Positions 1 through 8,930 of a stretch of DNA of 53,653 nucleotides are shown one piece after another (the first letter of the stretch is position 1; each line of letters opens with the position of its first letter). A program made the position numbers and the translations under genes. This DNA is from a virus (taxonomy: Duplodnaviria > Caudoviricetes). Below the pieces are notes generated by a model. The model saw nothing but the letters and a program-made list of their open reading frames with translations. It was not told where the DNA came from and did not search any database. The stretch covers positions 1-53,653 of the IMG/VR virus record IMGVR_UViG_3300045586_000001; one strand, given 5' to 3'.

Positions 1-43
1 GTTCTATATCAAAAACTTGACTCAAATTATCATCAATATTCAT
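1..43 (-). CDS. 5' end of a gene running off the window (MNIDDNLSQVFDIE...), possibly terminase small subunit gp16
   Basis: ATG at 43-41, 1 nt after the holin stop, open to the edge. The acidic N-terminus resembles those I recall for T4-like gp16, and gp16 is missing from its usual place before gp17. Only 14 codons are visible. Confidence 0.4.
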   Translation of the reverse strand, partial: MNIDDNLSQVFDIE

Positions 44-44
44 A

Positions 45-320
45 TTATTGTGTGTCAGTATTCTCTGCACCTTGTGTTATTGCCGCAGTTTTTTCTTTGC
101 TTCGGCCGTAAGCTGAAACACCCAAGATAGCACCAAATGCTAAGTGAATGAAACCGCCGTTATCTAGCGTCAATGACTTCCACATGTCAACTTCGACACC
201 TTTCAATCTTAGATATAACACAAATGCAGGTGCTACAATAAAATCAAAAATGTTTATCGCCATGTAGGTCCATCCCATAGCGGGACGCCATAATCTCTGT
301 ATCCAATGTTCTTCGTTCAT
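45..320 (-). CDS. Putative holin (3TM GTA-type holin-like membrane protein)
   Basis: 91 aa with a WRPAMGW motif, two hydrophobic segments and a basic C-terminal GRSKEK, as in GTA-type 3TM holin-like proteins. Confidence 0.65.
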   Translation of the reverse strand: MNEEHWIQRLWRPAMGWTYMAINIFDFIVAPAFVLYLRLKGVEVDMWKSLTLDNGGFIHLAFGAILGVSAYGRSKEKTAAITQGAENTDTQ

Positions 321-1066
321 ACAAATATTCCTCCAAAGCCAGTTAATTCTCCCATGCTCTCCATTGTCGCGACAGATTGAACACCGCCAGTAGTAAAGTC
401 TATTTGATCTTGAAATCCTGTAAAATTACTAAAGTAGTTTTCTGGGATTGTCGTAAATGATCCGTATCCGTAGCTAAAAGATGGAAGTGCTGGGGTGATC
501 TGCCCGAGATTAGCATCTGCCACTTTATTATAATTTCCTAATGCGCCACTAACTGCATGTTGATATGCTATAGTCACTTGCAATTTCATAACATCTTTAC
601 TGGCATAATCGAGTTGCACAGCTGAGATTGCTTTTGGATAAGCGTTATAAAGTGTACATGAATAGCGACCAATATCTTGAGCGTCTTGTACAATAATATC
701 AATTGTAGGAGCTACATACGTTACTGCATAGTTAAAGTCACGCGTCGTTGGATTCTGTATTGCATTCATCCAAGAGTCAAAGAAATCTTTAACCATGAAA
801 TCAGAGTCTACATAGAAATTTAAATTAATGTGTTCGTATAGTTTTTCATATGGAACTTCTTTAAATTCACCATAGGATCTAACCTGATTAGTTGAATATG
901 AAATTCCAGGTAATTGTGCTTGATCGCAAAACATGAAAATCTTACGAATGTTCGAGTTGATAGGTTCACCAAGCAATGCTGGTGGACGCGCAATCACTAC
1001 CTCGAAGTGTGTTGTTTTTGCTAGGCCTAATTTTACATTGCCTATAAATTCGTTTAGTTTGCTCAT
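317..1066 (-). CDS. gp54: Baseplate tail-tube initiator, gp54-like (gp19 fold)
   Basis: FCDQAQLPG, PYEKLYEHINLNFYVD, FFDSWMNAI and LYNAYPKAISAVQL motifs of the tube-protein family; next to gp2/gp4. Confidence 0.75.
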   Translation of the reverse strand: MSKLNEFIGNVKLGLAKTTHFEVVIARPPALLGEPINSNIRKIFMFCDQAQLPGISYSTNQVRSYGEFKEVPYEKLYEHINLNFYVDSDFMVKDFFDSWMNAIQNPTTRDFNYAVTYVAPTIDIIVQDAQDIGRYSCTLYNAYPKAISAVQLDYASKDVMKLQVTIAYQHAVSGALGNYNKVADANLGQITPALPSFSYGYGSFTTIPENYFSNFTGFQDQIDFTTGGVQSVATMESMGELTGFGGIFV

Positions 1067-1638
1067 TTTCTAAGTGAATCTCCCCACACTCTATTTTTAT
1101 TGCCACCGACAAATTTTTCTACAGGCAACATCATTGCTGTGTGCCACTGATCGCCAGGAACTTCGATAAACATAGAAGTTACATGGTCTTTTAAATAATG
1201 CTTAATACACGATTCTGCTAACCTAAATCTTGACAATCCTGCAATCAGAGCCCATGAATATTTAATTTTGGTGTTTTCATCGTATGTTTTATTTGTCGAG
1301 AATTGCATTAATCGGGTCATCAGTTGCACACGCTGAAAATATGGAAGATAGTGCATGTTCAATCCCATGAATCCTTCATTAGTTTTCTGATATGGGAACA
1401 CCAATGGAAATGCATCATAATATGGAAGTGTCGCTTTATGCTTAGCATCGTATGTAAACATGTACAACTTTCCAGGAGTCATTCTAGAAGTCTTAGTTTC
1501 TTCCCTTAGAATACGTTTATGATCAATGCGTTGTCCAGCTAATATCAATTGTTGCTTCTGAAACCAGCTTTTAGATTTCTCAGCTATGCTCTTGTCATAC
1601 TTGTAGCGTTCAAAGATTGTTTCTAGATTTTCGCTCAT
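1063..1638 (-). CDS. gp2: DNA end protector protein gp2
   Basis: PGKLYMFTYDAKHKATLPYYDAFPLVF and GLNMHYLP motifs. Confidence 0.9.
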   Translation of the reverse strand: MSENLETIFERYKYDKSIAEKSKSWFQKQQLILAGQRIDHKRILREETKTSRMTPGKLYMFTYDAKHKATLPYYDAFPLVFPYQKTNEGFMGLNMHYLPYFQRVQLMTRLMQFSTNKTYDENTKIKYSWALIAGLSRFRLAESCIKHYLKDHVTSMFIEVPGDQWHTAMMLPVEKFVGGNKNRVWGDSLRK

Positions 1639-2057
1639 TATATTCCTAAGTCATCTTCTGTTAAGACGATAAATTCCCAATTTCTTTCTTTTGCATATCT
1701 AGTCGCATATTCCCACTTCGCCTGATTTACTAAATAAGTACTAACCTCCGTAAGATAACGCTTAGTCTTTCGCGTTCCTTGAGGAGGCATAGTTTGCTGT
1801 TTTGGCTTAATTTCGACTAAGTATGTCTTGCCATTAGAAGTTTGAACTTTGAAGTCTACGAAGTATCTGTGTGGTCTTCCATCTACTGGAGAGACATATG
1901 GTACTACCGTTTCTTCAGAACTCCACTTCTTAATCTGTGGATTTTTATCACACCAGATAGCAAAACGCGTTTCCCAGCTTGACCGCATCACAATATTTGA
2001 TGGATCTCCTGTGTATTTCTCTGGAAACATCGGCTGATATTTTCGTTTGTGATACAT
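1638..2057 (-). CDS. gp4: Head completion nuclease gp4 (TnsA-like PD-(D/E)xK fold)
   Basis: KYTGDPSNIVMRSSWE, WSSE, HRYFVDF, EIKP and NQAKW motifs. Confidence 0.92.
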   Translation of the reverse strand: MYHKRKYQPMFPEKYTGDPSNIVMRSSWETRFAIWCDKNPQIKKWSSEETVVPYVSPVDGRPHRYFVDFKVQTSNGKTYLVEIKPKQQTMPPQGTRKTKRYLTEVSTYLVNQAKWEYATRYAKERNWEFIVLTEDDLGI

Positions 2058-2060
2058 CTA

Positions 2061-2068
2061 TATAAATA
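2061..2068 (+). promoter_or_regulatory. T4-type late promoter for the gp48 baseplate operon
   Basis: Exact TATAAATA 33 nt upstream of the gp48 ATG. Confidence 0.75.
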
Positions 2069-2089
2069 ACAATAAGACTAACATAACAA

Positions 2090-2097
2090 TATTTATA
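2090..2097 (-). promoter_or_regulatory. T4-type late promoter for the gp4-gp2-gp54-holin operon
   Basis: TATTTATA on + (TATAAATA on -), 32 nt upstream of the gp4 ATG. Confidence 0.75.
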
Positions 2098-2101
2098 CCC
2101 C

Positions 2102-3247
2102 ATGTCACAAGCAGACTTCCGTAAATTTGAACAGCAGGCCAGCAGCGATGTTTGGGATCAACAAATAGGTGCTGGATCAGCTAGAGCAGTGCCTAAATTT
2201 GATTATATTGCGTCAACGCTCAGCGATAAGTATAGCGTTAAGGGATTGTCATACCCTCAAGATCTGATGGACAACCCAAGATATGGAAACAATAGAGTCA
2301 TATTCTACATCAATACTTCAGTAGATTCTAGAATATTTAAGTCGGGAAGCGAAGTAGCTACTGTAACTGGCGTTCAGCGCGACATGCGTGGCCAATTAGT
2401 AGGTCAGAAAGTGTCTACAGCTCAAGCAGCTGTTGCGACAGGCGCAGTTGGCGCGGTCAAAGGTGCAATTGGTGGCAGTATTGTCGGAGATAAAGGCGCA
2501 GCCGGTGCTGCAATCGGAGGAGTTGTTGCAGGAACTGGAACTGCTCTGATTGCTGGAAGTACAAATAATGCAGAGGTACCACCTGGTCAAGAAAAAGAAC
2601 CAACGTTCTCAAGACCTCAGAAAAGATTGAATGCGGCAATCGCGCTATATATTCCAAACCAAATAAGTGCAAGATACTCGGCTTCTTGGAGTGAGGAAGA
2701 AACTGCTGGATTTTCAGCCGCTGCTAAAGGCGCAGGCGAAGTTGCTCGTGGTATGAAAGGAAACGCAAAGGGCGTTGCCGGTGAAGTACTTACTGCTCTT
2801 GCTCTCGATAAAGGTCAATTTGGTAAGGAAATGGGTATCGCTGCAGGATTAGCATCTAATCCTAAGAAAGAGCAAGCGTTTAAAGGCATTGACTTTAGAA
2901 CGTTCTCCTTTGAATACAATTTTGCACCACAATCGCCAGATGAAGCTCAAAACGTTCTAAACATTATTAGAGCGTTTAAATATCATATGCATCCAGAATT
3001 CAAGAGTGAAAATGCGTTCTTGTATATTTATCCTTCTGAGTTTGATATTACATATTATAAAGGCAATGCTGAGAACCTGAACATCCATAGACATACTTCA
3101 TGTGTGTTGACTGAAGTAAGCGTGAACTATAGTCCAAATGGAGTATTCAGCACGTTCGATAACGGTATGCCAACACAAATAACGTTATCATTGACGTTCA
3201 AAGAACTACAAACTTTGTCAAAAGAAACTATCGAAAAGTACACCTAA
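2102..3247 (+). CDS. gp48: Baseplate tail-tube cap gp48
   Basis: IALYIP, NPKKEQAFKGIDFRTFSFEYNFAP, IIRAFKYHMHP, YPSEFDI and CVLTEVSVNYSPNG motifs. Confidence 0.88.
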   Translation: MSQADFRKFEQQASSDVWDQQIGAGSARAVPKFDYIASTLSDKYSVKGLSYPQDLMDNPRYGNNRVIFYINTSVDSRIFKSGSEVATVTGVQRDMRGQLVGQKVSTAQAAVATGAVGAVKGAIGGSIVGDKGAAGAAIGGVVAGTGTALIAGSTNNAEVPPGQEKEPTFSRPQKRLNAAIALYIPNQISARYSASWSEEETAGFSAAAKGAGEVARGMKGNAKGVAGEVLTALALDKGQFGKEMGIAAGLASNPKKEQAFKGIDFRTFSFEYNFAPQSPDEAQNVLNIIRAFKYHMHPEFKSENAFLYIYPSEFDITYYKGNAENLNIHRHTSCVLTEVSVNYSPNGVFSTFDNGMPTQITLSLTFKELQTLSKETIEKYT

Positions 3248-3248
3248 T

Positions 3249-4031
3249 ATGTATTTCACTAAATTCCCTAAGATATATTATGATTTTCCACAAGACAATG
3301 GATCTACGACACTTCAAATTCTAACTGACATTACTACTAATGTCAGAGTGCGAAAAGCTGTTCTAGAAAATATCACACTATATGACGAGTATGATATTAA
3401 AGAAGGTGAAACGCCGGAGATCATTGCTGAAAAGGTATATGGCAACCCAGAATTGCATTGGGTTATCATGCTAGTGAATCAGCGATATGATTATCTGAAA
3501 GATTTTCCAATGTCTAATTTAGAGTTGCAGCAGCACATGGAAGAAACATACGGCGCTGATAATCTAGAAGAAGTTCACCATTACGAAAAAGATGGTATGA
3601 TAGTAGAAGCGCGAGCCGTGATGAAGATTCCTAAAGCCATTACTCCACAATTAAAAGTGCATGATTATATCATTGGGCTGCCAAAGGCAAATGCTAGAAT
3701 AGAATCAATTGACAGTGTTAATAATACTGTTGTAGTTCTAGTAGACTTTGGACGATTTGTTCCAGGTCAGTTAGTTGGACTAAACGGCGTGCGTGCAGTA
3801 ACGAATTATAACCCAGACACTCAAGCAAATGAATTAACCGGCGAAGTTGTTTATACGACTATTGTAAATTTCATAGTGCCAACCAATGGATTTACTGTGA
3901 ACGAAAACTATAATATCATTACTAATTCTATGCATGAAATTAGTATCAATGAATCTAAACGAAGAATCAAATTAATATCAAGCAGACTAGTAGATCAGAT
4001 CATAAGTGAATTTGAATCTCTAGTAGCATAA
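3249..4031 (+). CDS. gp53: Baseplate wedge subunit gp53 (LysM-like)
   Basis: YFTKFPKIYY, ETPEIIAEKVYGNPELHWVIMLVN, HHYE and NESKRRIKLI motifs. Confidence 0.9.
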   Translation: MYFTKFPKIYYDFPQDNGSTTLQILTDITTNVRVRKAVLENITLYDEYDIKEGETPEIIAEKVYGNPELHWVIMLVNQRYDYLKDFPMSNLELQQHMEETYGADNLEEVHHYEKDGMIVEARAVMKIPKAITPQLKVHDYIIGLPKANARIESIDSVNNTVVVLVDFGRFVPGQLVGLNGVRAVTNYNPDTQANELTGEVVYTTIVNFIVPTNGFTVNENYNIITNSMHEISINESKRRIKLISSRLVDQIISEFESLVA

Positions 4032-4032
4032 T

Positions 4033-5304
4033 ATGCAAAATAGTAATTCAGCTTTAAGATTTGCCGGAGACGTTCAGTTAAAAGACGTTCAATTGAACTC
4101 TTTGAATGGCCAAGTCGCAAATATAACGAATCAAGTTATATTAATAGAAATTTATGAGGATCTGTTTGCTTCATTTACAACGTTATCTATTGTAGTTCGT
4201 GAAGCTGTAGACTACATTAGTTTGTTTCCATTTGTCGGTGAAGAGTATGTTGACGTAGATATAGTAACTCCTACGATGGATAGTAACATCAAAGGAAGAT
4301 TTTACATCTATAAAATAACTGATCGCGAATACACTAGCGAAAGAGAAGTAGTATATACATTGAAATGTATATCTGAAGAATTCTTAACTGACGTCAACAC
4401 TAAGATAAGTAAGACTTTTTCTGGAAATATTGGTGAAAGCGCCTTCAAGATCTTTGGTAAAGATGGTCTGAACACTGCTAAAAAATTAAACGTAGAAACT
4501 ACTAATAACGTTACTAAGTTTACAGCTAATTTCTGGAATCCAATTAAGTGTCTGAATTATCTTGCGTCAACTGCGGTGAACCAAGGTGGGTCACCGACGT
4601 ATCTGTTTTATGAAAATAGAGATGGGTTTAACTTCAGATCAATAGATTCGTTGTTAAAAGCCCCACCATATCATAAATTCATTAAAGACAATTATACTAG
4701 AACGCAAATAGGAAATTCCGCTGAAAGCGTCAAAGATCCTAAAGAAGACTATAAGAGAATTTTAAATTTTAGTGTTCCTGTTCTTACTGACTATATAAAT
4801 GAGGTGCAATCAGGAAGATTGAAATCTCGTTTAGTGACTCATGATATAGTGACTAAAAAATATGCAGTAAGGGACTATAGTGTAAAAAAAGATGCGAATC
4901 CTCCATCTTTATTAAACGCAAATCCAGCATATTCTAAATACGGTACTGCTAATGCTGCAAGCACTATGTTGTCAATGCCGAAATATTATGCTAACTTTAC
5001 AAATTATTCTGATGTAACGAATACGAAAACCGTTCAAAAGAGAATGTCATTCTTCCAAGGTCTCAATAAGTATAAAGTAAACATCGAAGTTCTAGGAAGA
5101 ACCGACTACACCGTTGGTCAAGTGGTTGAATTATATATTCCAAAAGCAACGCAAATCACTAAAGAAGATCCTGATCCGCGCGATATGATTCTTTCCGGAA
5201 ACTATTTAGTATCTGCAATCAGTCATGTCATCAATAGAGAAAATCATACGTGCAATATGGAATTGATTAAAAACTCCGTGTTAGTGAATTTGAGCAATCA
5301 GTAA
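4033..5304 (+). CDS. Baseplate hub protein, gp27/VgrG-N-like
   Basis: IEIYEDLF, FPFVGEEY, YLFYENRDGFNFRSI and SGNYLVSAISH motifs; lies between gp53 and gp5. Confidence 0.65.
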   Translation: MQNSNSALRFAGDVQLKDVQLNSLNGQVANITNQVILIEIYEDLFASFTTLSIVVREAVDYISLFPFVGEEYVDVDIVTPTMDSNIKGRFYIYKITDREYTSEREVVYTLKCISEEFLTDVNTKISKTFSGNIGESAFKIFGKDGLNTAKKLNVETTNNVTKFTANFWNPIKCLNYLASTAVNQGGSPTYLFYENRDGFNFRSIDSLLKAPPYHKFIKDNYTRTQIGNSAESVKDPKEDYKRILNFSVPVLTDYINEVQSGRLKSRLVTHDIVTKKYAVRDYSVKKDANPPSLLNANPAYSKYGTANAASTMLSMPKYYANFTNYSDVTNTKTVQKRMSFFQGLNKYKVNIEVLGRTDYTVGQVVELYIPKATQITKEDPDPRDMILSGNYLVSAISHVINRENHTCNMELIKNSVLVNLSNQ

Positions 5305-5312
5305 GAGGTATT

Positions 5313-8069
5313 ATGAGTTTATTTACAGGCTGTGTTGAAAACAGAAAAGACCCGTTAAAGTTGGGTCGGTGCCAAGTTCGTATCGTTGGAGTTCATACTC
5401 ACGATAAGACAATCTTGCCTACTGAGGAGTTGCCTTGGGCGTTTCCAATGCAACCTATTACATCTGCTGCTATAAGTGGAATCGGTTCAAGTCCTGTCGG
5501 CGTAGTTGAAGGCACTTGGGTTGTAGTGATGTTTAGAGACGAAGATCAACAGCAGCCTATTATCATTGGTAGCATTGGCGGCATTCCTCAAGAAGAATCT
5601 AGAGGAGTTGATCAGGACGATGATGAAAGCATCTCGGTTGAATCGGCTTCAGCTAAGAAAGAAACGACACCACAAGGCGAAGTGTTGCTTAGTGGAAATG
5701 GGTCAGTCGTAACAGATGGTAACGGTGATGCGATTAAGACTGGCGCTGGATCATCAGATGCACCAGTTGAAAGCACAACCCCTACTCAAACAGTTCCTTC
5801 TAAGACTGGCAAACCGCCTCCGTCAAACGCAAAACCAGGCATTGATGCGCTAAATTCCGCAATGACTGCTGGCGCAATTACTGGCAAGTACGCCCGTGCT
5901 GCAATACTTGGTATCGCAGGAGGAGAATCTGGTTGGATACCACAAGCAGAAGGATATAGCTATTCTGTAGAAGCGCTTGCTGCAGTATTTTCAAAAACAT
6001 TTAAGAATAAGCCCGACATGGCTGCAAAGTATGGAAGATGGAAGGGTTCTCGCGAAGCTTTCTTTGATTACGTATACGCTCCTGAAAATAATGGTGGGGC
6101 CTTAGGTAATACACAGCCAGGTGATGGTGGAAAATTCTATGGCCGTGGATTTATTCAAATCACCGGTAGAGCAAACTATACTCGCTATGCAAGACTATCA
6201 GGTGTTGATATTCTAGGTCAACCAGATCTACTTAATAACGATCTGATGGTTTCGGCTCAAACAGCTGTAGCATACTTTAAAGATAGAGTTAAATTAGACA
6301 GTGCAGATCCTGGTTATTTTCAAGCAGCACTAAAAGCAGTTGGCGGTGCGCAATCAGGCTGGCCAAAGAAGGAAGCTTACTATCAATATTTCTTAGGCGA
6401 AGCACCACCGACAGAACAAACAGATAAGTCTACAAAGCCTGGTGCAGAATCACAAGGCATTCCTACAGCAGCTAATGGATTACCCGCAGATCGTCAGCGA
6501 AATCTAGTGATTGGATTTAATGATCCAAACATGAAGTATCCTCTTCGTCAATACATCGGCGAACCAGACACTAATCGTCTTGCTCGCGGTAAGATTGAAG
6601 GCACTATCATAGAATACAAAGATGAGAAGCGACTAGAGAACGTAATGACTGGCGATGGATTCGAATGGGAACAACCAGACATTCCGTACAATGCAAAGTA
6701 TCCCTACAATAAGGTGATGGAGACTGAGTCGGGTCACATCATGGAATTTGATGATACGCCAGAAAACGAACGTGTTCACATCTATCACCGTAAGGGAACC
6801 TACACTGAGATAGATCCAAATGGATCTCAGGTAAATCGCATCGTAGGTGATGGCTATTACATCATGGAACGTAACGGGTATGTTTTCATTGGTGGAGATT
6901 GCAACTTAACTGTGAATGGTAATGTAAGAATTTTAGTTCAAGCTGATGCGTTTATCGACGTGACTGGTGATACTAAAGTCAACATGGGCGGTAACGCAGA
7001 ATTCAATGTTGCATCCGATATGAAATTAAACGTCGGCGGTGAATTGGCTATTAAAGCAGCAAACATTAAGATTGACTCTGACTCCGACTTTAATGTTACT
7101 GCATCTAGTGACACAAAAATATCTTCTGGCGGATCATTTAATTCAGACTCAGTAGGTGCTACTAATCTAACGTCTGGCGGTAATTTTGAAGCTAACGCAG
7201 GAGGACAAGCTAATATAGAAGGGTCTACAGTTCACTTCGCTGAAGGTGCTGCTAGTGCTGCATCTGCTGATTCGTCGGGTCTTGGAGATCCTATCGCAGC
7301 AGGCGAGAAAAGCACTCAGACGTTTAAACAGTTGACTCCTCCTCCAAGAAATCTAGAAGCAGAATTAGGATTTGAAACGCCCGAAGAAAATATGCAGCCG
7401 GGTGCTACAGAGTATCATGCGGATAGAGCTACGCCAACTACGAGCGATAAAGCAGTTGCTATCGAATCTACACCAACTCCAACCAATGCTGCAGTATCCA
7501 CTACAGCTGATTGCACTTTAATTTACGGAATGCCTTCATTCCCAGAATCATACGTATTGCATACAGACGGAACAGGTTACAAGTGGACTATTGGTGCAGT
7601 AAGTCGTGGCAACCCGATCACTGCTGGAAAATATGGAAACAAAGAATATACAACGCAAGAAATCGTATGTAACATGAAAGCATTGGCTATAAATATACTT
7701 GGACCGATCAACGAACAGATCGGTCAAGTAGGAAAAGCTTGGACTATAACTTCATGCTATAGAAACTTTGTACCAGCTGGCGGATCTTCTACTTCTCAGC
7801 ACTTAATTGGAAGTGCGGTTGACATCTCAATTGGCGGTAACTTTGGCTATAAAGTCAATTATGATTGGGCTACGAAATTAGCAGCAAGTCTTCCATTAGA
7901 TCAGATGCTTCTTGAGTATCGCGATCCTGGAATAAACGGCAATAAGAATCCAAAGCGCATTAACTGGATTCATATTTCTTATAACAACTATGGACCTGGA
8001 AAGAAAAAAGTGATTACATTCTTAAACGATAAGACTCACTCTCAAGGGTTGACATATCTTGGCTCTTAA
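5313..8069 (+). CDS. gp5: Baseplate hub spike gp5: OB fold + GH19 lysozyme-like domain + beta-helix + C-terminal M15 peptidase
   Basis: VENRKDPLKLGRCQVRIVGVH (gp5 OB); GES...FYGRGFIQITGRANY (GH19); YPYNKVMETESGHIMEFDDTP followed by beta-helix repeats; TSCYR...SQHLIGSAVD...WIHIS (M15). Confidence 0.9.
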   Translation: MSLFTGCVENRKDPLKLGRCQVRIVGVHTHDKTILPTEELPWAFPMQPITSAAISGIGSSPVGVVEGTWVVVMFRDEDQQQPIIIGSIGGIPQEESRGVDQDDDESISVESASAKKETTPQGEVLLSGNGSVVTDGNGDAIKTGAGSSDAPVESTTPTQTVPSKTGKPPPSNAKPGIDALNSAMTAGAITGKYARAAILGIAGGESGWIPQAEGYSYSVEALAAVFSKTFKNKPDMAAKYGRWKGSREAFFDYVYAPENNGGALGNTQPGDGGKFYGRGFIQITGRANYTRYARLSGVDILGQPDLLNNDLMVSAQTAVAYFKDRVKLDSADPGYFQAALKAVGGAQSGWPKKEAYYQYFLGEAPPTEQTDKSTKPGAESQGIPTAANGLPADRQRNLVIGFNDPNMKYPLRQYIGEPDTNRLARGKIEGTIIEYKDEKRLENVMTGDGFEWEQPDIPYNAKYPYNKVMETESGHIMEFDDTPENERVHIYHRKGTYTEIDPNGSQVNRIVGDGYYIMERNGYVFIGGDCNLTVNGNVRILVQADAFIDVTGDTKVNMGGNAEFNVASDMKLNVGGELAIKAANIKIDSDSDFNVTASSDTKISSGGSFNSDSVGATNLTSGGNFEANAGGQANIEGSTVHFAEGAASAASADSSGLGDPIAAGEKSTQTFKQLTPPPRNLEAELGFETPEENMQPGATEYHADRATPTTSDKAVAIESTPTPTNAAVSTTADCTLIYGMPSFPESYVLHTDGTGYKWTIGAVSRGNPITAGKYGNKEYTTQEIVCNMKALAINILGPINEQIGQVGKAWTITSCYRNFVPAGGSSTSQHLIGSAVDISIGGNFGYKVNYDWATKLAASLPLDQMLLEYRDPGINGNKNPKRINWIHISYNNYGPGKKKVITFLNDKTHSQGLTYLGS
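7688..7695 (+). promoter_or_regulatory. Possible internal late promoter in the 3' part of gp5
   Basis: Exact TATAAATA about 370 nt upstream of ORF 8059 and the PAAR gene. Confidence 0.4.
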
Positions 8070-8586
8070 TATAACACAGTCAAATGAGTCTGGATTTACA
8101 GACGTATATGAATATAGTGAAATTATAACCCCGTACACTATAAAGGCTGTGTACGAAGGAGGCGGTGAGTTTTCGGTCGATATAACTTTTTCTGGCGTAA
8201 GTCCCGCAGTTACTACCGTTAGCCTTATTAGTTTTGAGTCTACGTTAGAAGGCACTAGCGTAACTCAAGTGACACCTAATACATTTAGATTGTCTGGCAA
8301 TGCTTTGAATGTTTTTACTGATGCGTACTATCAGTTCATTATGCCTGATAAAACATTGAAAATATTAAAAGCTGATACGACTGAAGAGTACTTAAGTCTT
8401 ATAAAATGGGAACCGCCATCTATAAAGATTTTTAACGCCGTACATTCTATAACGTATTTAGTCACCAGCACTGATATTAGTGAACTTGGTGGAATTACTA
8501 CATCTGTATTTTATCAAGATGTATTTTGGCAATGGAGATACGCATTGCAGCAATTCAACTTAGTTCTATCTAAAGGAACCATATAA
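8059..8586 (+). CDS. Hypothetical protein between gp5 and PAAR
   Basis: 175 aa ORF with a TTG start overlapping the gp5 stop and a TAATG junction with PAAR; start uncertain. Confidence 0.6.
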   Translation: MALNITQSNESGFTDVYEYSEIITPYTIKAVYEGGGEFSVDITFSGVSPAVTTVSLISFESTLEGTSVTQVTPNTFRLSGNALNVFTDAYYQFIMPDKTLKILKADTTEEYLSLIKWEPPSIKIFNAVHSITYLVTSTDISELGGITTSVFYQDVFWQWRYALQQFNLVLSKGTI

Positions 8587-8903
8587 TGTCAGCAGTTGCA
8601 AGATCAGATGGGTCTGATTCAGTATTCTCTCCTAATGGTACCGGGTATAAATGTAAGATGCCAATGACTACGTCAACTGGTTCTGCAATACAAAGTCGAG
8701 TGTTTAGTCAGGGAATATTAGTAGTTGTTGAAGGCGAAGTCGTCGCGCCACATAAGTTCCCGGGATGCGAAGTGACAGATGAACAAACGTTGAGTACGTA
8801 TTCATCTAGAGTATCTGCTATGGGAAAGAAGATTGGTAGAATTGGAGACAAATATGGCGATAACACTATTATATCTGGATGCTCAAGAGTCTTTAGTAAC
8901 TAG
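8586..8903 (+). CDS. PAAR-like spike tip protein (gp5.4-like)
   Basis: AVAR, SRVFSQG..VVVEG, PH..PGC, SSRV..GKKIGRIGD and GCSRVF pattern; lies between gp5 and gp25. Confidence 0.8.
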   Translation: MSAVARSDGSDSVFSPNGTGYKCKMPMTTSTGSAIQSRVFSQGILVVVEGEVVAPHKFPGCEVTDEQTLSTYSSRVSAMGKKIGRIGDKYGDNTIISGCSRVFSN

Positions 8904-8917
8904 TCATCAAAAAATCT

Positions 8918-8925
8918 AATAAATA
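8918..8925 (+). promoter_or_regulatory. Late promoter variant directly before gp25
   Basis: AATAAATA 5 nt before the ATG; no Shine-Dalgarno sequence. Confidence 0.55.
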
Positions 8926-8930
8926 AAGAT

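Noticed and set aside
1638-2057. TnsA transposase / Tn7-like element
   Set aside because: Motifs and position next to gp2 identify T4-like gp4, which shares the fold; no other transposon genes or ends were seen.
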